Both the position numbers and the translations under genes were made by a program. A stretch of 32,000 nucleotides of DNA, taken from Archaeoglobus fulgidus DSM 4304. Its GTDB lineage: Archaea; Halobacteriota; Archaeoglobi; Archaeoglobales; Archaeoglobaceae. The DNA is taken from positions 1,260,001 through 1,292,000 of the forward strand of contig NC_000917.1 in the NCBI RefSeq assembly GCF_000008665.1, written 5' to 3'. Of the stretch, positions 8,301 to 16,587 are shown piece by piece (position 1 is the first letter of the stretch; every line of letters begins with the position of its first letter). The notes below the pieces were generated by a model that saw nothing but the letters and a program-made list of their open reading frames with translations, was not told where the DNA came from and ran no database searches.

Positions 8301-11300
8301 ACCTGCCATCAATCGGCCTCTCCTCTTCGCTCCAGTCGGGATAGTAGAGCTTTCTGCCCAGAGGTGTGAGCAGATAAACGTAGCCCTCGTAACCCTCGCT
8401 TGCACCATCAACTTTCAAGTAAGCTTGCATAGTCTCGTTCGCTGAAATCGCCCTGTCGAAGGTGAAAACGGTTATCTGGGGGAAGGTGACGTTCTGGTTG
8501 GGTATGAGAGTAACGTTCCTCACAACCCAGCCTTCCTCGCCCCCACTCTCAGCGTTCTCGGAGATGAACGAAATTATGTTCTCAACATCCGCACTGACGT
8601 TTGAGATGGGCACCTCGTAAACCTGGTATGACTGGGTTGGAGTGAATGAGAAGACCATTCCTCCCTGAAGGTCGTTATACTGCATGACGCCATCCCTGTA
8701 GAACTGGTTTACGTGGACGTCAATTCTGGCGTCTCCTTTAGCTTCAAACTGCAGGATGTAATCGCAATCTCTGCCAAAGAAGGAGAAGGCAACATCCTCC
8801 ACGAACCTTGGAGTGGTTTCTGTTCCCGCGATGCTGACCTCTCCGAGAGCTAAGGGAACTATTTTGAACTCGACCTCCCCTCTGCCCTTCTTGCCGTAAT
8901 AGTCCTCTCCGTTGACGATGATTCTGTGCTCGCCAAGAGAGAGGCGTGTGAGCTTAACGCTTCCAGAGGTGGCAAAGAGTGGGATGTCTATTCTCTCAGC
9001 ACTTCCATCATCAAGGATGAAAGACGCCCTCGCCAGAGGAACGGTGGAGACGAAGTTTAAATCAAGCTCCCTTTCCACATACTCCTCGTTTTTCGGATTG
9101 ATGATTTTAATCTCAAACTCAGGCTCAACAACCTCTTCCAGCGGTGGGGGTGATTTGACACCTCCTCCACCACCACCTGCTCCACCACCCGCTCCTCCCC
9201 CAGAAGAGATGCTGATGGAGAAGTTCACGATGGTGGAGTTGAGGTTCCCAGCAGTGTCGTTGACGTAAACCCTGAGATTGTAGTTTCCGTTGCTCAATCC
9301 GCTGATGGTGGTGTTCGGGGTGAAGGTTACGTTGGCTCCTGAGTTAAGGCTATACCACCACCTGTCAACATCGGGGTCGGGGGAGTAAACCTCAAGGTAA
9401 ACGTAGTTGGCTGAATAGGTTCTGCCCTCCACTGGAGAAACAACGTAAATCGCCGGAGCCCTGAAGTCCGGGTTGGGGTTTGTTAAGGGGTGGTAATCTC
9501 CCCCGTTCTGAATGTTACCGCCGGAATTGTATGGCAGAAGAGTATCGCCTAAGCCATCTCCACCTGCAACATCCTCTCCCGCATAGTCGTGCCAGTAGTT
9601 GCCCCCAAGATAGGGCCCGCCAATTATGTTCTCATCTGCTGTTGGGGTGACGTTCCATCGGTTGTTTCCGGTGTCGTAGGCATTGACGGAGTGGTTGAAG
9701 AAGTAGTTGTTGTAAATCAGGTTGCCTGAGGATGAGGTGGAGTGGATGCCGTATTTCTGTCCTCCCCTCCATGCGCCATGTATTGGGACTTTTTTAGCTT
9801 TGATGTAGCTGGAGGTTATTGTGTTGCCCTCAGATTCGTAAAGCTTGACTCCGCTCCCTCCTGAGTAGCAGTCGTCTGCAATTGGTGAGAACTCAATGTA
9901 GGGCCCGTTGTCTGTTATGTTTGCCCCTCTTACAGTATTGTTGCTGGAGTAGCTGAACTCTATCCCGTAGCACCAGTTTGAGTTGATTTCCGACTTCTCA
10001 ACCGCCACATTCTCGGATTTTCCAAGAAATACTCCCGCTGCCTCGTTCCTGTCACCGTTCCACTCGAAGGTGGAGTTGGTGATGGTTATGTTGCTTGAGT
10101 AGTATGCGGCCAGCCCGGCGAGGTGGTTGTAGTATGCCCCAACGGATTCTATGGCTGAGTGAGAGGTGTTGTAGAGTATTATTCCGTGTGAGTTGGAGGA
10201 TAAACCAAGATTTTTCAGCGTGATATTTTTGCAGTTGGCGCATGCAAAAAATCCGACGGGAGGATTGGCAGAGTGGTCTAAAACCAGATCAGAAGCATTT
10301 TTGAGGAAGTAAATCGCCCCTCCGGTAACAACATTGGAAGTGTCTATGTCGTGGTTGAAGTCCTCAAAAACTGGGGCGATTTCGTAGTCACCAATCTCGC
10401 CTGCGTCAAAGTAAAAGTCGTAGGTGTTCTGCAGCAGACTGTTGTCCCTCATGGTTATATTGGTGGAAAATGCCGACATTGAGGAGGTGTCAATTTTCAC
10501 ACCTGCATACTTTTGATTTACAGTGTTGTTCACAAGAATGCAGTTGCTCACATGATTTAGCTTTATGCCATCGTCATCCTCAAGAATTGGCGTAAAGCCG
10601 TTTATGATGTTGTCTGCGATCACACATCCGTTGGAGCTTACAGCAATCCCGCCATATCCTTCAAGGATGTTGCCGGAGATGTTCGTGTAATCTGCATAGC
10701 TTTTTATCCATATGGCCGGCATTGTGGATTGGTAGTATTTCACGAAGCGGTTTCCGTGGATGGTGTTGTGCGATGCCTTTCTATACTGCGCCCCCTCAAC
10801 CACAATGTAGCCGTAGGAGGTTTGATTCAGGAAGGTGTTGAAGGAGATTTCGTTGTAACTGGACTGCTCAATGGTTACCATAGAGCTTTCGAAGATATTA
10901 CCGGTTATCGTGTTTCGATTCGAGCCGGAGCTTATGTAGCCCTTAACCAGCACAACACCGCCATTGACGAACCTGTTGTTTCTTATGACATTGTCTGTAG
11001 ATTCAAAATCGGTTATCTGTGTGCAGTCTCCAAGCCCTGTTATCTCGTAGGTGGTGTAGCCAACTTTAATTCCTCCATGCTTTACATATCCGTAGCACTC
11101 CCCATAAGAGGCGTTTTTGATTGTAAATCCCTGAATAATGTTCCCATTCGACTTAAGCGTGAATCCGCTTCCGCTGTTATTCGCTTCCACGACCGGATTG
11201 CCCATCCCAGTGATGTTCAGAGTCCTGTTTACGACGATGTTTTCGACATAAGTGCCATTGCAAACGACAATCGTGTCTCCGTCAATTGAAGCATTAACAG

Positions 11301-12603
11301 CATCCTGAATGCTTGCGAAGTCTGCGGAGCAGTTTTGCCCATCATCATCCACATACCATGTCTTTGGATTTCTGATAGTGGTGAAGCTCATGATAGAGCT
11401 GTTTGAATAAAGGCTTGCATTGTCAGGTCTGAAGGAGTAGACTGAGAAGTAGTAAGCTGTGCCTGCCGATAGCCCGCTTAAAGTTATCATGGGACTGTCT
11501 GTGCTGTTGTCCCAAGCTGACCATTGCGGGGATGAAAGGTCGGAGTTCGTGCTGAACAGAACACGGTTGTTTGCAGCTAAGCTAACATCCCATCTTATCG
11601 TGGCACTTGAGTTCGTTACGTCACTAACTCTCACATTCGAGATTGCTGGAGGCTGAAGAGTTTCGAAGAGCATTGGATAGTAGTCTTTTGATTGGCTTGC
11701 AGAACCTGAACCACCAATTGGTAGTGGTATACCACCTCCTCCGCGCCCTCCATCCGCTCCTCCACCTTCCTCACCACACCACTCACTGGAGATGTTGTAA
11801 GGTGTGTCTCCTATCCCATCTCCGTTGGAATCTGCTCCAACATAGTCATCCCAGTAATTGCCTGTATAATTGGTGAACACATTGCCCTGATAGGCGTATT
11901 GATGCATCTCCGTGGAGTTCCAGTGGTTCCTTCCGCAATCGCGGGCATTTACGCTGTTGTTTATGAAACGGTTGAGGTAAATCTCGCTCTCCCTTCCCGA
12001 ACCCATATTAATTCCGTAACTGGTTGCATCTCTGATGGTGTTGTTCACGATGGTGTTGAAGTATGAACTTCCGTAGATGTAAACACCAGTCTCAACAGCA
12101 GTGATGTTATTATCCCTAACAACAGTATAATTCGAATCCTCAATCTGAATCCCGCCATACAGGTTGTAAAAAACATTGTTTGAGATATTCACGTGGTCGG
12201 ACGGGTCTCCGTTGAGTGGCTCTACGTCAACACCATCATCGTTGCCGTTCCTTATCGTGAAGCCCGTGATGGTTACGAAATCTGCATGCACTTCAATAAC
12301 ATCATCATTCGTGCTCGCCTCAAGAATGCAGTTCGCAGTGCCATTTTCCGACCTGAGGGTTATGCTCTTTGTGATGTTCAGATAAACGCTGTAAACGCCA
12401 TCTCTCACAACGACCGTGTCTCCATCGCTTGCAGAATCAATTACCTCCTGAATCGTCTTGTTGTCGGGAACAACTATAACTGCTCCATGAACGGGAATGA
12501 TAAGCATTACCAATAATATCCCCAAAAACCCCAGAATCCTCAAATTAACACTCCTTTCGCTAACTACAGAAAAATCACAGGTGTTCAGAGCATTTGTGCT
12601 CAT
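5344..12603 (-). CDS. Giant multidomain surface protein (~2400 aa): beta-helix (NosD-like), FnIII, second beta-helix, Ig-like domain, Gly-rich hinge, macroglobulin/Big-like domains, Cys-rich C-terminus
   Basis: One uninterrupted ORF. Two beta-helix entry motifs (NKTIQEVIDSASDGDTVVVRDGVY; FASIQDAVNASIDGDTIVVCNGTY), FnIII-like PPAISNVRVSDVTNSSATIRW...GLSAGTAYYFSVYSF, linker GGGAGGGAGGGGGG. Start uncertain: track 12630; ATG 12603 has GAGGTG upstream; TTG 12543 has AAAGGAG upstream and gives a compact signal peptide MRILGFLGILLVMLIIPVHGA. Confidence 0.85.
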   Translation of the reverse strand: MSTNALNTCDFSVVSERSVNLRILGFLGILLVMLIIPVHGAVIVVPDNKTIQEVIDSASDGDTVVVRDGVYSVYLNITKSITLRSENGTANCILEASTNDDVIEVHADFVTITGFTIRNGNDDGVDVEPLNGDPSDHVNISNNVFYNLYGGIQIEDSNYTVVRDNNITAVETGVYIYGSSYFNTIVNNTIRDATSYGINMGSGRESEIYLNRFINNSVNARDCGRNHWNSTEMHQYAYQGNVFTNYTGNYWDDYVGADSNGDGIGDTPYNISSEWCGEEGGGADGGRGGGGIPLPIGGSGSASQSKDYYPMLFETLQPPAISNVRVSDVTNSSATIRWDVSLAANNRVLFSTNSDLSSPQWSAWDNSTDSPMITLSGLSAGTAYYFSVYSFRPDNASLYSNSSIMSFTTIRNPKTWYVDDDGQNCSADFASIQDAVNASIDGDTIVVCNGTYVENIVVNRTLNITGMGNPVVEANNSGSGFTLKSNGNIIQGFTIKNASYGECYGYVKHGGIKVGYTTYEITGLGDCTQITDFESTDNVIRNNRFVNGGVVLVKGYISSGSNRNTITGNIFESSMVTIEQSSYNEISFNTFLNQTSYGYIVVEGAQYRKASHNTIHGNRFVKYYQSTMPAIWIKSYADYTNISGNILEGYGGIAVSSNGCVIADNIINGFTPILEDDDGIKLNHVSNCILVNNTVNQKYAGVKIDTSSMSAFSTNITMRDNSLLQNTYDFYFDAGEIGDYEIAPVFEDFNHDIDTSNVVTGGAIYFLKNASDLVLDHSANPPVGFFACANCKNITLKNLGLSSNSHGIILYNTSHSAIESVGAYYNHLAGLAAYYSSNITITNSTFEWNGDRNEAAGVFLGKSENVAVEKSEINSNWCYGIEFSYSSNNTVRGANITDNGPYIEFSPIADDCYSGGSGVKLYESEGNTITSSYIKAKKVPIHGAWRGGQKYGIHSTSSSGNLIYNNYFFNHSVNAYDTGNNRWNVTPTADENIIGGPYLGGNYWHDYAGEDVAGGDGLGDTLLPYNSGGNIQNGGDYHPLTNPNPDFRAPAIYVVSPVEGRTYSANYVYLEVYSPDPDVDRWWYSLNSGANVTFTPNTTISGLSNGNYNLRVYVNDTAGNLNSTIVNFSISISSGGGAGGGAGGGGGGVKSPPPLEEVVEPEFEIKIINPKNEEYVERELDLNFVSTVPLARASFILDDGSAERIDIPLFATSGSVKLTRLSLGEHRIIVNGEDYYGKKGRGEVEFKIVPLALGEVSIAGTETTPRFVEDVAFSFFGRDCDYILQFEAKGDARIDVHVNQFYRDGVMQYNDLQGGMVFSFTPTQSYQVYEVPISNVSADVENIISFISENAESGGEEGWVVRNVTLIPNQNVTFPQITVFTFDRAISANETMQAYLKVDGASEGYEGYVYLLTPLGRKLYYPDWSEEERPIDGRYLKLSYYGKLPSTLDFDGMEEGTYLLVGKIVDSYGKKVSVSTEKIYHSQKVSVKLYVNRDVFSRGQEILVEHMLTGSQKNGTLMVSLESPDGDRIYLPVLSEEPEIKNYAPIHSDYFVALNEIVADWTEGTYILRSSLYNESGELLDDDITTFHVCFKDSTVEGTYLRYTDDTSPIVLSRIRLIDFYTMDFEEMEISGNHYDYSFTIKPGKYYLTGEAYSGSGKVYRIPLTLISADCGRKVTRNLELEFLYERSSSGLEMWGLEGRNLVEKISEKYIRLEGISACSKPKVGVAVVLDDTALDMLRDDIKLLYGIEGFEEADKAKISSFLAARATEFVRSTSPEVEVYSVNDLIEVLNQAETALRNPGMPDYFYVIKIGGDMHYYHITADLQEFPQRTILPETYYYVTEVSNPLDNVGLIIQRTGDLRQIIDDFEMKRPVPPRDPRIEIKVVPDSVSPDSEESREATIYAKVTDCRGKPAVWISESLGNVLRRQEVYFQKETERGVVRADWEATKVSTEGEIVSSNQWVIGDTRTAGEGIEGGTAVAKYTLKEGIEAGEDLVKVVTFGRGMKKATAVAVIKINGVKMDVKAEREILPRHSTFVEVSLYRENEKGEREPLAGKSIVVGRNQLLDGRLTPAGVLDASGNPVTDENGVAKLKYTAGEKEGLARMSFEYRSELGVVRDSASIKVKEKEFTLFIKWSAISVTSLSGTEELSHSMQALCCPDDSECHWETDSGSYSKTLNEARGHSYFFTSQTTWKQGGEDERTTATFIQSKFYNSENSGGGSSSFCDNSVSSSSSSQGSFSGTVSAHVGDVKTEMVYETPSGDLLVCIAPVPLSFSMKGSDSHTYSSVSTVSWSSSKGSGSETYSYSDSGGCQYDGNPETNPTNLREGCHEGNFAEVQNVWVETYPSVTDKNPFWGCIILEKVGEDRWEEVRGQYNVKRSTPSSTSYTWDCGYRECQMTRSYTGSRDVTYEGNIEIRVVKK

Positions 12604-12679
12604 TTTCAGCACCTCTGTCATCCCAAGCAATAGGCAAAAAATAGCCCGTAGCTTGGTTTCGCCAATTCAACTTTAATCA

Positions 12680-12688
12680 ATATAAATT
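12680..12688 (-). promoter_or_regulatory. Putative TATA box of the giant surface protein gene
   Basis: Reverse-strand AAAATTTATATTG in the AT-rich intergenic region between the DHPS-like gene and the giant ORF. Confidence 0.4.
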
Positions 12689-12725
12689 TTCCTATTTAAC
12701 AATAATGTTATAATGGCAAAAAAAG

Positions 12726-14156
12726 CTATTTCTGGTAAAACCCAAAATTCAACTCCCTGTCCTGAATGTAGCTCTTTTTAAGCAAAGCTGCAATCTCGGC
12801 CTTCATCAGCTCCCTGCCGAGGTAGGCTGCGTGGTCAAGCCTTGAGAGAAGGTTGTTTTTTATTGCGGTGTCAGCAACTTCCTTGGCTTTCTCTCCAACA
12901 ATTGTCATCCTGTCGTGCTTGCAAACGATTTTGCCATCAACCACCTGAATTATGAAGTCTCCGAGCGGGTCTCTCACGAACTCTCTTGTCTCTTCGGCCC
13001 TCACAAAGTCGTCAAGCTCCACCCTTTCCTCGTACCTCACCTTCTCCTTGAGAGCCAGAAGGCTGACACCAGCGTCCTTTGGTGGGGAGTTCCTGATTTT
13101 TGCGGCCTTGGCGAGATAGGATGCGATATTGAGCTCCCTAACACTGCCAAAAGTCTTTGGACTTGCCTCTGTCGTGAACAGCAGGTTGCATTTAAGCTCC
13201 TCCGCGATGAACGCCAGCAAGGCGTTAATTCCAATGGAATCGGCATCGCTTAGCTCCGTAACATTTCCAGCTCCAAAGAGAAGCGGAGTTTTTTCATCAC
13301 GCCTTCTGAACTCCGCATACCTTCCTATTGATTCAGCAACTTTCAGTGGTGGATCAAGGATGGGGTCTGCAATGACCCTCTCCACCTTCTCCCCGACCCT
13401 CTCAACGAGATTCAGCAGTCCATCAATGTCCCTTTCAACAACAACAACCGCCTGATTTTCAATTAAGTCCAGAGCCTTCAGGTTGTCCATCGAAATGCTC
13501 ATAACCATGTCAACTCCGTGTTTTACTGCAATCTCTATCGCCTTACTGCTGAAGGTGTCGATGCTGAGCGGAAGCTTGGAATGGTCAACGGCAATCTTCA
13601 GCGTTTTGTGCAGCCACTCCTTATCGAATTCCAGCGGCACACCAATGTCGATTATGTCCGCTCCGCTCTCCGTGTAATGGTCAATTTTCGCCCTCAAATC
13701 ATCAAAATCGCAGAAGCTCGCTATTTCAGCAACAACCTTCATTCTGCTGCTACCGCCAACCTTTACACCGCCTATTTCAAATGCGCAGTCTTCATCAAGA
13801 GCGTCAATTTCCCTGAGCGTTTCCTCAGCCCTCAAAGACTCCACGAGCCTGCACGCGGGAATTTTGTGGGAGAACTCGACCTTTCCAATTAGCTTTAAAA
13901 CGTGCTGCAAATCGTAAGCGTGAATAGGGCCGAGCCTGACCTTAACACCCTTTCTCCTCTCAAAATCCTCCCAGTTGTGGCTGTAGGTTAAACCGGGAAC
14001 GAGGACGAGGTCGTAACCGCTGAAATCCTCATTTTCAAGCATAGAGGGGGTTATGAAGGCCGCAATGTCTATGTTGTACACTTTAACGTCAGCACCCTTG
14101 CCATATTTCCTCACCATTTCCTCAGCCAGCTTCCCCGTGACGAGCAAGACCCTCAT
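12726..14156 (-). CDS. Dihydropteroate synthase-like protein (archaeal, implicated in tetrahydromethanopterin synthesis)
   Basis: 476 aa; pterin-binding TIM-barrel features KMVAEIASFCDFDDLRAKIDHYTESGADIIDIGVPL and LPLSIDTFSSKAIEIAVKHGVDMVMSI, ADPILDPP, plus archaeal N-terminal extension. Confidence 0.85.
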   Translation of the reverse strand: MRVLLVTGKLAEEMVRKYGKGADVKVYNIDIAAFITPSMLENEDFSGYDLVLVPGLTYSHNWEDFERRKGVKVRLGPIHAYDLQHVLKLIGKVEFSHKIPACRLVESLRAEETLREIDALDEDCAFEIGGVKVGGSSRMKVVAEIASFCDFDDLRAKIDHYTESGADIIDIGVPLEFDKEWLHKTLKIAVDHSKLPLSIDTFSSKAIEIAVKHGVDMVMSISMDNLKALDLIENQAVVVVERDIDGLLNLVERVGEKVERVIADPILDPPLKVAESIGRYAEFRRRDEKTPLLFGAGNVTELSDADSIGINALLAFIAEELKCNLLFTTEASPKTFGSVRELNIASYLAKAAKIRNSPPKDAGVSLLALKEKVRYEERVELDDFVRAEETREFVRDPLGDFIIQVVDGKIVCKHDRMTIVGEKAKEVADTAIKNNLLSRLDHAAYLGRELMKAEIAALLKKSYIQDRELNFGFYQK

Positions 14157-15922
14157 GAAACTATCCTCTTAACCTCTCTTGCGTGGGCTTTCATTATGTC
14201 GCTTCTTGTTATAATTCCTAAAAGCTTTTTCTCGTCGTTGCGGTCAACTACCGGGAGTCTGCCTATTCCTTTGTCCACCAGCTTTATCAAAGCCTCCTCA
14301 AGCGTTTCGTCAGGATACGTGACAATCAGTTCCCTCGTCATGATATCCCTGACAAGCTTTTTGTCCCTCTCCTCCAGCGGAACTCTCTCAACGTCCTCGA
14401 AAGTAACCATTCCAACTAACCTGCCGTCCATCACTACCGGAAAACCCATGTGACCCGTTTTCTCAATAAGTTCGAGGACTTCGCTCACTCTCTGATAGGG
14501 CGTAACGACCACGAGCTTGTCTGCTGACACCATCGCATCCTGAACTCTCACATTTTCAAGAACGTCGATTGACATCTCCATCCTGTGTGCAGGACTCTCG
14601 GCCCTCGTTGCTACTTGCTCAGCATAAATTGAGTAATCTCCAGCGAGATAGTACGCAAGAGTTGCAGCAGTCATTAAAGCTGGAAGGAGCGAGTACCCGC
14701 CACACATTTCAAGAACCATTAAAATCGCTGCGATCGGTGTTTTTGCCACCGCTGCGACAAAGGCAGACATGCCTATCAGAACGAAGGCTTCTGGCTGAAC
14801 AATAACGTTCGGAAAGAGGTAGTGGAAGGAGTAGCCTACGAATCCGCCAACCATGCTCCCTATCACTATAGAAGGAGCAAAGACTCCCCCGCTACCACCG
14901 GTTCCAACTGTAAGAGAAGTGGCAACGATTTTGCCAAAAATCAAAAGAAGCATTACCGTTACTGCAAGTTTACCGTCGATGGCCATCTGAACGTAACCGT
15001 ACCCCATACCGAGAACTCCGGGTAAAAACAGCCCTATAACTCCGGTGAAGAACCCTCCGATCGCCGGCTTGAAGTAAGGGGGAATGCTGACCCTCTTAGA
15101 GTAGTTATGGACAGTGTAAAAAACTTTAACGTAAATAATGCCAAAAAACGCTGCCAAGACCGAAACGATCGCGTAAATTGGAAACTCAAGCGGTGAGTGA
15201 ATCGTAACCTGCGGGATTTTGAAAATCGGTAGAACTCCGAAGGGTGTGTTTGCGAAGTAGCTCATTATCACGTCGAATACTATGAAAGCCACAATGGACG
15301 ACACAAACGCGGGAACGATTGCCTCAACCTCGTTATCCCTCTTGTAAAGGACCTCAATCCCGAACATTGCCCCTCCGAACGGGCTTCTGAAAATGCTCCC
15401 TATGCCCCCCGCAACACCGCAGATAACCAGAATTCTTCTATCCTTGTCGGACAATCTCAGCAACTCCCCGACAAATGAGCCAAAACCTGCCCCTATCTGA
15501 GCTATTGGCCCCTCTCTCCCGGCACTACCACCGCTTCCGATTGTGATTGCTGAGGCAATTGTTTTAACGATAGGCACTCTAGCCCTTATCTCACCTCTTG
15601 CTCTGTGAAAGGCTCTTATTACAGCATCTGTGCCGTGACCCTCTGCTTCCGGTGCGAATTTGTAAACAATCAACCCGCTCAGCAGTCCTCCAAGAGCAAC
15701 AACAACAGGCAGAGGTAGTATCCCCAGATGAAGTTCTATCTTTACTACCTCAGCTTCTCCTCCGGCGAGAGGCGGATTAAAGCTGTCCAATCCGGAAAGG
15801 AAAATTTTTGTGAATAGGTCAAGTAGGAAGTAAAAGATGAAGGCTCCTAAGCCGGAGATTACACCCACAATAGCGGCCAGAAGTATGAGGTACTTGGAGC
15901 TTAATGGCGCCCTTCTTTTCAC
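14153..15922 (-). CDS. CLC-family chloride channel/transporter with C-terminal CBS domain pair
   Basis: 589 aa; GSGGSAGREGPIAQIGAGFGS, GVAGGIGSIFRSPFGGAMFGIE, GTGGSGGVFAPSIVIGSMVGG, followed by two CBS modules (MVSADKLVVVTPYQRVSEVLELI...; IMTRELIVTYPDETLEEALIKL...). Overlaps the DHPS-like ORF by 4 nt. Confidence 0.93.
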   Translation of the reverse strand: MKRRAPLSSKYLILLAAIVGVISGLGAFIFYFLLDLFTKIFLSGLDSFNPPLAGGEAEVVKIELHLGILPLPVVVALGGLLSGLIVYKFAPEAEGHGTDAVIRAFHRARGEIRARVPIVKTIASAITIGSGGSAGREGPIAQIGAGFGSFVGELLRLSDKDRRILVICGVAGGIGSIFRSPFGGAMFGIEVLYKRDNEVEAIVPAFVSSIVAFIVFDVIMSYFANTPFGVLPIFKIPQVTIHSPLEFPIYAIVSVLAAFFGIIYVKVFYTVHNYSKRVSIPPYFKPAIGGFFTGVIGLFLPGVLGMGYGYVQMAIDGKLAVTVMLLLIFGKIVATSLTVGTGGSGGVFAPSIVIGSMVGGFVGYSFHYLFPNVIVQPEAFVLIGMSAFVAAVAKTPIAAILMVLEMCGGYSLLPALMTAATLAYYLAGDYSIYAEQVATRAESPAHRMEMSIDVLENVRVQDAMVSADKLVVVTPYQRVSEVLELIEKTGHMGFPVVMDGRLVGMVTFEDVERVPLEERDKKLVRDIMTRELIVTYPDETLEEALIKLVDKGIGRLPVVDRNDEKKLLGIITRSDIMKAHAREVKRIVS

Positions 15923-16125
15923 GCTTCGTTTTTGCTGGGGGAGTGATGATATATTTTTCTTTCAGATTCTGTCACCAACTTACAAAATTGCCATTTCGAA
16001 TTTTTGTGCTGCCAGCAGTAGGAGGATAAAGCTTTGTATTTATCAATACGGTGTCAATTGAAGCTTTGGAGCAAAGAAGTAAACTTTGAAAGTTGGGCTG
16101 AGTTTTATGAAATAAAAAACAAAAA

Positions 16126-16587
16126 TCACTTCAAAATCGGCCCCACGTCAGGATACCCCTGCCTCTGCCCCGTTCCCGCAAGCTTCTGCAACCTCTTCGG
16201 ATTGACAAGCAAGTCAACCGCATTCCTGACATGCTCCCTGACTCTGTTCTCAGCGACCATCATCAGCGTTTTCTCGTCCTCCGCCTCATCCTCGTGGATT
16301 GTGACGTCAATGACGTGCTTGTTGGTCATGAGCTGAACTATAACCAGTCCCATGCTCAGAACGATGTAGCTCAGCATGTCCTTCTGCGTCCCTCCAACCC
16401 AGCCGAGAGTGATGACTATATCGCACCCCTTCTCCTCAAGAAGCTTTTTCGCTGCAATGGGCAAGTCCTTTATGCCCGGCACTGTGTAGCGCTCGTAGGG
16501 GATGCTGCTTATCTTCCTCAGCTCGTCTATCGCTATCTTCCCCATGTTTATCCTTGAGAAGGTCGTGTCTGCAATGCCAATCTTCAT
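16126..16587 (-). CDS. ribC: Riboflavin synthase, archaeal type
   Basis: 153 aa MKIGIADTTFSRINMGKIAIDELRK...YTVPGIKDLPIAAKKLLEEKGCDIVITLG...QLMTNKHVIDVTIHEDEAEDEK...GTGQRQGYPDVGP; closely resembles archaeal RibC (MJ1184-type). Confidence 0.9.
   Translation of the reverse strand: MKIGIADTTFSRINMGKIAIDELRKISSIPYERYTVPGIKDLPIAAKKLLEEKGCDIVITLGWVGGTQKDMLSYIVLSMGLVIVQLMTNKHVIDVTIHEDEAEDEKTLMMVAENRVREHVRNAVDLLVNPKRLQKLAGTGQRQGYPDVGPILK

Noticed and set aside
10729-11289. 186-aa + strand ORF inside the giant gene
   Set aside because: Antisense to repeated beta-helix codons; no independent start signals or domain.
9720-12350. Possible CRISPR-like or tandem DNA repeats in the beta-helix region
   Set aside because: Recurring NN(I/V)xxN and GNxxxxN-type codon patterns reflect PbH1 protein repeats; no identical repeats with uniform spacers.
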